Positions 27,931 through 37,733 of a stretch of 64,000 bases of DNA are shown here, piece by piece. Both the position numbers and the translations under genes were made by a program. Below the pieces are notes generated by a model. That model was not told the DNA's origin, searched no databases, and worked only from the letters and a program-made list of their open reading frames with translations. The DNA lies in assembly GCF_006345805.1 (NCBI RefSeq), contig NC_043017.1:18972001-19036000 (forward strand), in the 5' to 3' direction. Source of the DNA: Octopus sinensis. Its lineage: Eukaryota. How positions within the stretch are numbered: the first letter of the stretch is position 1; each line of letters opens with the position of its first letter.

Positions 27931-27958
27931 CCATGCGCATGCTCAACCGGATATTGAC
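27931..27958 (+). promoter_or_regulatory. Conserved ZNF-gene upstream motif, copy 5
   Basis: CCATGCGCATGCTCAACCGGATATTGAC, 2.7 kb upstream of the ZNF5 ATG. Confidence 0.7.
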
Positions 27959-28657
27959 TTCGACCTGCTGTAAGATTCTATCTTCAGTAGAATCACATCC
28001 ATCTAAAGATTAATTTCATTGGAAAGTTGTCATATTTACCTATTGTTTTATATATACATGTACATACAAGCACAGTCATCCTCTATTCATCGAGACACAT
28101 GCCCACCACCACAGACTTTCACTTGATAACTTCAAGTTTATACGAGGTATTTATTCCTTCCTTTTATTTTCTTCATTCAATCGCCATTTCTTTTCAGAAT
28201 TGTTTTGCAATTTTTTTTTTAATCTACCAAAATTCATAATCCTCAAAAAAACAACATTGGGTACTATTTAAGAATAGTGGGGGTTTTTTGAACAAAATAA
28301 ATAATTTTTTACTCAAAGTAAATATTTTTTTTTTGGCACTGTCATGGTATTAGGTGTCAGAAGTGAAAGTAGAAAAATCTGACGTCAACTTCGTTTATTT
28401 ACATCAGGTTTATACCTTCGTTAATTTACGCCATTTATTTGCCTATCACCACGCTGTTAGGTTTATAAAACAAAGGAAGTTCAGTTTAAAGTTCATAAAG
28501 AAATATATTTCATTCCATGTTCGGTGCGCGCACTCGCGTAGTCGATCCTACAACGACTAGCTAGCAAATTAAATCACAAAATAATAATTTTGGCGTAACT
28601 TCTGTATACGACCCGGAAGTACCGGATACATTTCAAGAAAGTGTTTTGATTATATAT

Positions 28658-29172
28658 ACTAGTAGTATCGCCCGGCGTTGCTCGGTTTGTAAGGGAAATA
28701 ACTATATAAGCATTTTTAGAGAGTTACTTCCCTTATAGATGCCAATTCGGGCTTTCTTAGCCATTTCTGTTTTGGTGTCTTCAAGCCATGAGGTCGTTGT
28801 TCTAAAAGAACGCTGGTCTCCTTGACAACGCTTTACGACGTTGATTTCCTTACACTCCCTTCCCCACAGCTTCACGAAGGAGGGAAGAAGGGGGAGAAGC
28901 AAACAGGTGCAGGTGTGACCATGGACGCCAACTCCGCCGCCATCGACACACGAAAAATTATGCATTAAAATGGAATAAAAAAATGATGTTAAATTATTTT
29001 TAAAATCGTAGACTCATCGTAGACGCGCGCTAATACTCAGACGGGCTCGATATGAATCACGACTATAAGATACCCGAATTTGGTTAAACTGCACTGCAAA
29101 ATGTGGGAGTAGTTAGGAATCTAAATCGAAGGGGACAGACACTCACACAACTACAGTTTTATATATATAGAT
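28658..29172. mobile_element. HINE/DINE-1-like element
   Basis: Near-identical to 54439-54958 over about 515 bp; ACTAG start and TATATATAGAT end. Confidence 0.7.
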
Positions 29173-29452
29173 ATATATATATGGGGGGGTTAGGGGTGGG
29201 AGAAAAGGGTTTCTGTTATCGTCAGAAATGTAAACAAAGCCACTTACGGGACATATACCGAAGGATCGCCTAATGGCGATGTTTCGTTTGTGATTCAGAA
29301 TGTGAAATTTCTGAAACGTGTCCGAAACGGCAATGAATGATTTTTTTTTTTTAAATAATGAACTGGTATATCAGAATTAGATAGGATATTGCTGTCTGAT
29401 AAATTGCGTCCAAACTTTTGTGGGTGTCTCTCTAAATCTGTGAAACTAAGCT

Positions 29453-29735
29453 CAGGCATGGTGTCTGTGTGGGAAGAAGTTTGGTTCCCAGCTACATGGT
29501 TCTAGGTTCAGTCCCACTGTATGGCATGTTGGGCAAGTGTCTTCTACTAAAGCTTTAGGCTGACCAAAGCCTTGTGAGTGGATTTGCTAGGCAGAAACTA
29601 AATGAAGCCCTTTATATATGTAAGTCTTCCCCTATCACCACTTGACAACCAGTGTTGCTGTGTTTACATCTCCATAACTTAGTGGTTTGGTAAAAGAGAC
29701 CAATAAAATAAGTACCAGGCTTTAAAAAAAGTGCT
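29453..29735 (+). mobile_element. SINE family B, diverged copy
   Basis: GGTTCAGTCCCACTG, GGGCAAGTGTCTTCTACTA and AAGCCTTGTGAGTGGATTTG blocks; a similar copy lies at about 34690-34935. Confidence 0.7.
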
Positions 29736-29769
29736 GGGGTCTGATGTCTGTAATAAGAAAAAAAATAAA

Positions 29770-29916
29770 TGTGAAAATTGGTTGGTGAGAGCTGTACAGA
29801 GATGCTGTCTGTAAAGTGAGGGTTGGCAATGAGTATAGGGAAGAATTACAGGTAGAAGTAGGGGTTCACCAAGGATCAGTCCTCAGCCCCCTTTTATTCA
29901 TCATAGTCCTCCAAGA
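29770..29916 (+). mobile_element. LINE reverse-transcriptase fragment
   Basis: Encodes EVGVHQGSVLSPLLFIIVL. Confidence 0.65.
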
Positions 29917-30377
29917 TTACATGATGTAATTTTTAATTGCAAGTTAAAGTTCTGTTCATCAGGTAAAAATTTGTATTGAACAGTTTATCTACAGAAATTT
30001 CTCATTATTGAATCTCTACTTTTAAGTATTGCTTATTGTTTACACTGTTTCTGTATTGTTTCAGAATATCAGAAGTCTGGCATAAAAGAATATTTTACTT
30101 CACTTCCACCAGAAAACAACTTCTTTTAAAGACCAGAGGAAGACATTGTACAGAAAATAAATGCCCTTCTTTATCTACATCTATGGTGGATTTCCTATGA
30201 AATGTTGGCTCTAAACTGAAATTACTGTCAGAATTTCACTGCGTCACAGTCTGCAATATATACAACACAATCCAATCTTGAATACTAATAAAAACTTGAA
30301 AAGTTTGCAAAGGAGTATGTGGTAACACCAGCTATTGACAAAGATTCCAGTTGATGGCAATATAGCTGTAGAAATAT

Positions 30378-30444
30378 TAGCTTAATTGGTATAGCACTTG
30401 ACCGGTAATCACAGGTATGTGAGTTCAAGTCTCATGGCTGGCTG
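30378..30444 (+). other. tRNA-like sequence (SINE head or tRNA pseudogene) in the predicted ZNF5 5' UTR
   Basis: A-box TAGCTTAATTGG, T-arm GTGAG-TTCAAGT-CTCAT, 3' acceptor strand GGCTGGC; the 5' acceptor strand is missing. Confidence 0.55.
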
Positions 30445-30649
30445 CTGATAAATTTTTCCCTAAAATATAGATATTTCATCCTGTCCCTGCTGTTCTATCA
30501 GCATTTCTGCGTGAGAATAAATCATTTCCTCATCTGTATCTTACAATACATCTCAACACTTCTAAAAGCAAAATATTGTTTGCTTACATTTATCGTAATT
30601 TGATTTTAAAAAACAAAACAAGATAACAAATTGTGAAAGAAGAATAACT

Positions 30650-31603
30650 ATGGAAAATGAAGAATTATGTGAGAAACAGGGTAAATGTGAAACAGAGTCT
30701 GAAAGGATTGATGTTACTACTAATGGGATGTTAAAAGAGAGAAGAAAAACATCTTACCAATGTAATACATGTAAAAAGTCATTCTCTCAGAAATATCATC
30801 TAACAATGCACACACGCGTTCACACAGGGGAGAAACCATATCACTGTGATGTTTGCAGTAAATCATTCTCTCAAAAAGTTCGCTTAACTTTTCATAAAAG
30901 CATTCACACAGGCGAGAAGCCATATCATTGTGATATCTGTGGTAAGTCATTCTCCGAAGGAAGCGTCTTAACTAATCACAAACGTATTCATTCAGGTGAG
31001 AAGCCATACCATTGTGATGTCTGTGGTAAATCATACTTTGTAAGTGCTGACTTGACAGTACACATCCGTATTCATACAGGAGAGAGGCCATATGACTGTG
31101 ATATCTGTGGTAAATCATTCTCTTATAAAAGTTCAATAACTGCTCACAAACGCATTCATGCTGGAGAGAGGCCGCATCAGTGTGATATCTGTGGTAAATC
31201 ATTCTTTGGAAATAGTCAATTAACTGTACACAAACGTACTCATACGGGAGAGAAGCCATATCACTGTGATATCTGTGAGAAATCGTTCTCTCAGACCAGT
31301 AGCTTAACTACTCACAGACGTATTCATACAGGAGAGAAGCCATATCACTGTGATATTTGTGGTAAATCATTCTCTTCAAATAGTAAATTAACTGTTCATA
31401 GACGGATTCATACAGGAGAAAAACCATATCTCTGTGATATCTGTGGTAAATCCTTCTTAGCAAGTGAAAAATTAACAGCACACAAACGCATTCATACAGG
31501 AGAGAAGCCATATACCTGTGATATCTGTAGCAAATCCTTCTCTTCAGCTAGGTATTTAGCCACTCACAAACGTTCTCATACAGGAGAAAAACCATATCAC
31601 TGA
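30650..31603 (+). CDS. C2H2 zinc-finger protein ZNF5 (10 fingers, 317 aa, truncated by frameshift)
   Basis: Ten fingers; ends at TGEKPYH-TGA where CAC TGT GAT has lost 2 nt. Predicted acceptor ends 30064, donor GT at 28147. Confidence 0.9.
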   Translation: MENEELCEKQGKCETESERIDVTTNGMLKERRKTSYQCNTCKKSFSQKYHLTMHTRVHTGEKPYHCDVCSKSFSQKVRLTFHKSIHTGEKPYHCDICGKSFSEGSVLTNHKRIHSGEKPYHCDVCGKSYFVSADLTVHIRIHTGERPYDCDICGKSFSYKSSITAHKRIHAGERPHQCDICGKSFFGNSQLTVHKRTHTGEKPYHCDICEKSFSQTSSLTTHRRIHTGEKPYHCDICGKSFSSNSKLTVHRRIHTGEKPYLCDICGKSFLASEKLTAHKRIHTGEKPYTCDICSKSFSSARYLATHKRSHTGEKPYH

Positions 31604-34124
31604 TATCTGTGGTAAATCCTTCTTAGCAAGTGAAAAATTAACTGCACACAAACGCATTCATACAGGAAAAAAAATCTTATCATTGTGATGTGGTATTTCG
31701 TTTTCTCATGTAGGTAGCTTAACTAGACACAAATATCTTCATACAGGGGCAAAGCCATTTAACTGACGCTGGTGGTAAATCATTCTCTCAAAAATGTCCC
31801 TTTATTACAATCACTTTGACACAGAAAAGACTATATAACAGTGTACCTTCACCTCACAACACTATATTTTATATAATCACAACTACATTGGTGAGATAAA
31901 TTATAACTGAGATGCTAATAATTATGAGGTTTTTTCTTCCAAAATATAAGCGAAACAAAACTGGTGGATACACACGATAGAAAAACGGAATGGACTAATC
32001 AGGAGCAGATGTGGGTTGGAGAGGTCACAGGATATGTGACAAAAGATTTCACGCAAAGGACACTAAAATAAAAACAATGGTAAAGCTAATAAAAATGTTT
32101 TTTAAATTACCATCCTGAAATATAATATCTGTTTCCACACATGATTTCACATCAGGATTCTTGCAAAACAAATAAACATAAAAATAGGAAAATATGTTCA
32201 TAAATTATTTACAAGATGTAACTAAATAATTTAGGAATAAAGTCTGTTTTCATTTATTCTCTTTGTATTTTGATGTTTTCAACTGTGGAGCTTAGCAATA
32301 GAACACTTGGACAAGGTGTGAATTGTATTTGTGAAGACTCAGTAGATAAGGACCATTTAGTGAAGGCAAGTTGACAATTCTGGTCACAGACTGAAGTAGT
32401 CAAGGTGGATTCATAGAATAACCTCTTAAGAAGGTTTATCAAGAATAAGAGCACAAATTTTTATGAAGATACATTTGGTTTTTGCTAGGTTAGAACTGTT
32501 TAATTAAAAGCACACAGTAGTCTTTAATGTGCTTGGAATAAGAAAGGGCATCCAGCTGTAGAAAGCATGTCAAAACAGACAATTGAAGCCTAGTGCAGCT
32601 CTTGTCCAAAGTGTCCAATCCATGCCAGAATGGAAAATGGACATCAAATGATGATGTCTTCAAATACCTCTAGCACCTTGTATACAAAAATAAACACAAA
32701 GTTCCAAATAACAGGTATGTGTCATACTGTATCATCATTTTTCTGCTGCTTTGTCCCTTAGGTCATCTACATCTCCCCCTCTAACCCAATTCAATTTTTA
32801 CAGTGGTCACTTACCACCCCTCACCCATCTTTCACTCCCCCATACTCATAAAACCTCCACACACCCAGGCTCCTGGACCCTTCTCTCATATTCACGTCTA
32901 TCCACCTCATACCTTGAATGTCCATCCTGACACCACTATCTCTACACCATCAAGGATACTTCCCCATCAGTTAACTTTTATATCATAATTCTATCGAAAT
33001 ACACAGCCTTTGTTTCTATAAATTTTGCGAATAACTTCATCCATCCTAAGCTGGTGTTTGGAACATAAATTAACCTGAAATTTTAGTGGAAGGAATACAG
33101 GCAGGGTGGGTATTATTGATGCTGCTTATTACATCAGGCTTAAACCTTATGTTACCATGTTTTTGCCTTTATTTTAATTAATTTTTAAAATGAGAATTTA
33201 GTAAAATAACTTTCCTTCTGAAGCTGGTGTTTGGAATGTTAACTTACCATGAAATTTTGATGGAAGCTTTTAATGTACATCCCTTCAAACAAGAAATCTG
33301 TATCCAAAAACCAGGGCTGGTCTCAGGTAGGTTGGTATGAAAAGAGTTAAATCTAAAGCAAGGTGTTATTGCATTTTTAAGCAATATTCCTTTACAGCAA
33401 GACATACGTGATGGAACAAGAAATGAAACTGCACTGAAGTGTCAAGAAATAAGGACTCCTACATAAGCAACAGAATTGTAATCTCCCACATCAAGCTCAA
33501 CACTAGCAAAACTAACCTTTCAATCAAGTTGTAACAAGTACAATTTCCTTTAGTTTATTCTATGACTGGCAACAAAACACAAGAACAAATTTTTGACAAA
33601 GAATTTTTCAATTTCAAAATGTGTTCATTGACAGACATCTTTATTTGGAATTTTTAAGTGCAATAACACACCGCAATGTAAAAATTAAAGTAGTGCTTTA
33701 CACTAACCCTTCAGTATTTAAACTGGCCACATCCAGTCCAAAGCATTCTGTTTTATAAGCAAGGTGACTGTCCAGCTTCACACACCTACCCTACAATGTC
33801 ATTCTAAAAATAAACAACCACATCACAGACCTCAAAGCCACAAGGTAAATGCTATATTAATAGATAAGCATTACATTCGACAAAGTTATCTGAATAACAC
33901 TGAGGTATACTGTATTGTTTTTAACACATAACTATAAAAGCATTTTTCTAGGATGGAAACTAGATGCTGCTTTTCAATGATACACCTATATTAAGTGTAT
34001 CATAATACATATCTATCTCCTGTCAAATGTGTCGAGTACTTCATTCCATCACTCCTCGTGTGTGTGTATAATATGTATATATATTTATAAAAGAGAACAA
34101 AGATATAAACAATTATCTTATTAA

Positions 34125-34226
34125 CCTCATTAGCTTACAGCTGTTTCAGTTATAAAATGCAGTTGACTCATAGTTGAGTGCCTGAGTAACACCTTATAAC
34201 TTCATCAGACCCTCAAATATGAAGTG
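34125..34226 (-). ncRNA. Type I hammerhead ribozyme motif
   Basis: CTGATGA (34208-34202), helix II AGTTATAA/TTATAACT, GAAA, self-complementary helix III ACAG/CTGT, triplet GTA (site 34136), helix I with internal loop (CTTCAT/ATGAGG). Confidence 0.7.
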
Positions 34227-34257
34227 TAAATTTTTCTGTTGTTTTCCCAAATAAACT

Positions 34258-34362
34258 GCACTTCATCTCTGAGGCTCTGATGAAGCTACAAGGTGTTACT
34301 CAGGCACTCAGCTATGACTTCACAGCATCTCATAGCAGAAACCACTGTAACCTAATGAAGTT
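34258..34362 (+). ncRNA. Second hammerhead motif, inverted and degenerate
   Basis: CTGATGA 34277-34283, GCTA/TAGC helix II, GAAAC 34338-34342, helix III damaged (ACCACTGT), outer helix I ACTTCAT/ATGAAGT. Confidence 0.55.
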
Positions 34363-34967
34363 CATAATATAATCATTTATTCCTTTGTCATCTCTTTTCT
34401 TATTACTCAACTAACACTTCGTTCAGAAGCATATGAACATTGAGCTCTACACCAGGCTATTAGTCTTGCAAAGCCTGAGCGAAATATATACACATACATA
34501 CATACACATGGTTCAAAAATTGTACAAAAGACAGAAACAGTTGAGGGAAGAGCAAACAAAGTGTAGTAGTTTGACACTCAAGAGAAAGGGAAGAGTTTTT
34601 GATGCTTTGAGCCTGTGCTCTTGCTCAGAAAGAAATGAGGAGAGAAAAAAAATTGTCTGGATTAACGGTTGCACATGTTGAATTCTTTTATATGGTTTAG
34701 CTGTGTGGTAAGAAGCTTGGTTCTGAATCACATGGTTCCAGGTTCAGTCACACTGCATGCCACCTTGGACAAGTGTCTTCTAGTATAGCATTGGGTTGAC
34801 CAAAGCCTTGTGATTGGATTTGATATACAGACACTGAAAGAAGCCCATGGTATATATATATATATGTGTGTGTGTCTGTTTGTCCCCGCCATCACAACCT
34901 ATGTTCGTGTATTTATGTACCATAACTGGTGGCGTTAGGGAGGGCATCCAGCTTTAGAAACCATGCC

Positions 34968-35525
34968 CTTGAATAAGGAAAAAAAGCTTATTCAATCTCA
35001 TTTGAATAAGTTCTTTTTCTTCTTTCATTTTTTTAAAAAATATTTCTGGGGATCATATTTTTACCCTTGTTCCCTTCCAGTATGTCTCTTAATTTGAAAC
35101 TCCCCCTTTACATTAAATATCTCAACCATGAATAAATAAACTGCTCTAACGGTATTTAAACGCAAGTTAATTTACACAATTATAAAAACCCTGTCTTCAT
35201 TGGCAACCACAGTGCGAGCTGCCAGGCTTTGATCATTTATATTCGAGTTTAAATGAGTTAGCTTTTTTTTTATCATTTCTTAATATTCCAAAGATAACAA
35301 TTCTGAAAACAAAAAAGAATAAATAAAATGGAGAATGTTTTTCAAAATTTCAATTTTTAATACTTATGTTCTTTGTTCCTTAACTTTTCCTGTTAAGGTA
35401 TATGGGACAGTCATCTGAAACTGGTGTACTTTCACCTTCATTTTAAATGTCTCATCCTTGAATGAATAAATTATTCTACTTTTAACTCACATGGTACTTA
35501 AATGCATTAAATTTTGGCAATCTTT
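34968..35525 (+). repeat. Segmental duplicate block A (copy at about 40527-41080)
   Basis: Collinear match from AGCTTATTCAATCTC..TTTGAATAAGTTC to GTACTTAAATGCATTAAAT. Confidence 0.85.
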
Positions 35526-36165
35526 CAGTTGTAGCTGCAGACTTGTCCAAAATCACAACTGTTTTGTTTGTTAATTTCTGTAAAGTTTTTTTTATATTTC
35601 TTTAAAGAGAGGAGAAAATGAGAAGGCGATATTTGCTTTGAAGTGAGAGCAGGAAGTTGAAATAGAGAAGGTGAAAAATGTGTTTGTGTATATGAAATGG
35701 ACGTATGTATGTGTGTGTGTGAAAGAGACCGACAGAATAAGTACTAGGCTTACAAAGAATAAGTCCTGGGGTTGATTTCTTCGACTAAAGGTGGTGCTCC
35801 AGCATGGCCGCAGTCAAATGACAAACAAGTAAAAGAGAGTAAGTGCCTCTTTCACATACATGCATGACAACACACCTTTACTTGCTTTCTCACACACACA
35901 CACATACAAAAGAGATGTATGTATATGTATTGATATATATATATACGTGAATATGAAAGATGATGTGTGTGAGAGAGAGAGCGAGTGCCACTTACACATA
36001 TATGCAAAAAGAAAAAAATACAACACACCTTCACTCACTCACACTTTCTCGTTCACAAGCACGCACACGTCCATACATTACTTCAAAGCAAATGTCGCTT
36101 TTTCAATTCTTTGTCTTGCAATTTCTGCTGTTCAAAGTAAATGGTCGCCTTCCAAAATATAAGTG

Positions 36166-37023
36166 TAGGAATGTTACCCGCCGATCGGGGTTGTATGGAT
36201 TTACTGACCCATTAGCAGCTTCATCTTAGAAAATAAGTCCCTACCCTCTCACTCATTCAGTAACTTATTGCACAGGCAAATTATGAAAATATTTGAACAG
36301 CTGTTTTACAAATACGGAGATTTATATGAATTTTCAAAAGAGAGAAGTGTTAAATTTACAAATAAAAAGGCGATTCGAAGCTGCCAGCAAATATTTTAAA
36401 ATCAACAATTTCGTGAACGTTTCAAGTTAAGCGGCGAAGCCACTAGAGCATCTAAATGCAGTTATTGCCGTCAAGACGTTAAATGAAATTTGGCAGAATT
36501 ACGTTTCCCGGCGAAAGTGAAGAACACGTACACCCGCCGGTTAGGATTTGAGTATTTGTTACGCCGAAAACGGGTGGTGTACGTATTCTTTACCTCCGTC
36601 CGTTTTCCAAGGTGCAGATAGCGATTATGTTGATAAAATCTAATCTTTTTTCAGTCCAAGTGCAAATAACTCCCTCATAGCCATCGTATATGTATTCAGT
36701 TATGAAACTATCGATTTTGTATTATAATAGTGTAAAACTAAATTGGGGACTTATTTCATCTAGCTTTCCAACCACAAATATAGGATATTCAAAAATATCT
36801 GGCAAACCTTAGGGATGACCAACGAAAAGCTTCCATGGTCCTTGTCGCCATTTCCCCACAAAAACCATTATAGCTAACGATTATCCAAGACAATACGGAA
36901 GAATGATCTAAAAAACGAGCTCATACAAAATCGCGTATTGAAGTCGATTCATATACAATCAAAACTAGTTCATGGCCCTTTAAAAGCTTCTCAAAAGTCA
37001 TTTACTTTTTGGTAGCTTTCTTC
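36166..37023 (+). repeat. Segmental duplicate block B, H1 3' flank (copy at about 43228-43973)
   Basis: Collinear from AATGTTACCCGCCGATC; 36620-37023 is near-identical to 43572-43973 including the H1 stop codon. Confidence 0.88.
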
Positions 37024-37536
37024 GCTGTTAGTTTCTTGACGGGTTTCTGCTTCTTCACATTCTTCGCTGGCTTCTTCGGGTTTGACTACACTGGATTTTG
37101 CGGGAGAGTTGGCAGACTTCAATGCTGCCTTCTTAGGTGTCGCCGGTTTGTTTTTCACAGTACCAGACATTTTAGCGACTTTCGCAGGCTCGCGTTTTAT
37201 ATCCAAATCTTCGGTGATAATGGACTGAACCGAACCGTAACTAATGTTCACATCCTTTGATAACTTACGGATGGTGATTTTTCGATTTCTCTTCAAAGCT
37301 TCAAGCACATCTGCGATGTTTTTATTCGTTCTGCTGGTTGCGGGTCTCCCTGACCGTTCATCACTATCCACACTTCTCCGGCCATATTGGAAACGTCTGT
37401 ACCAATCGTAGACTTGTGTGCGGCTCATACACTCCTCTCCGTAAACTATCTGCAACTTTGCGTAGGTCTCTAGGCAGGTATCGCCAAGCCTTTGGCAAAA
37501 TTTGATGCAGATTCTCTGCTCGACTTTCTCTGACAT
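36991..37536 (-). CDS. Chimeric ORF: mariner transposase N-terminal HTH domains fused to a histone H1 tail (181 aa)
   Basis: aa 1-115 are mariner-like (EQRICIKFC...VYGEECMSRTQVYDWYRRF..GR..V..DERSGRP...RKITIRKLS..VNISYGSVQSIITEDL). aa ~116-153 align in DNA to the H1 tail at 44290-44410. aa 154-181 are a frameshifted Glu-rich tail. The ORF is open; expression is unknown. Confidence 0.6.
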   Translation of the reverse strand: MSEKVEQRICIKFCQRLGDTCLETYAKLQIVYGEECMSRTQVYDWYRRFQYGRRSVDSDERSGRPATSRTNKNIADVLEALKRNRKITIRKLSKDVNISYGSVQSIITEDLDIKREPAKVAKMSGTVKNKPATPKKAALKSANSPAKSSVVKPEEASEECEEAETRQETNSEESYQKVNDF

Positions 37537-37733
37537 GGTTAATGCGACAAATACACGCTAAACACTTAAGATTCCCAAGAACTACTGTAAACAACGGAAG
37601 TGAGCTAGAATGTAAAAACTTAGTGCGCATGCACAGCAGATTATAAAGTCTCTCAGGTGCCGAGCGGCTTCACTCTGCGTGCTTTATCTTCGTTACCATG
37701 ACAACGGTCATGTTGCTTATTGATCACACCACG
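37192..37733 (-). mobile_element. 5' half of a mariner transposon (left TIR, leader, DNA-binding domain)
   Basis: Minus strand begins TA|CGTGGTGTGATCAATAAG at 37735-37716; catalytic domain and right TIR are absent. Confidence 0.85.

Noticed and set aside
28702-28965. 87-aa minus ORF repeated at 54484-54735
   Set aside because: Lies inside two copies of the same non-autonomous element; the similarity reflects repeat identity.
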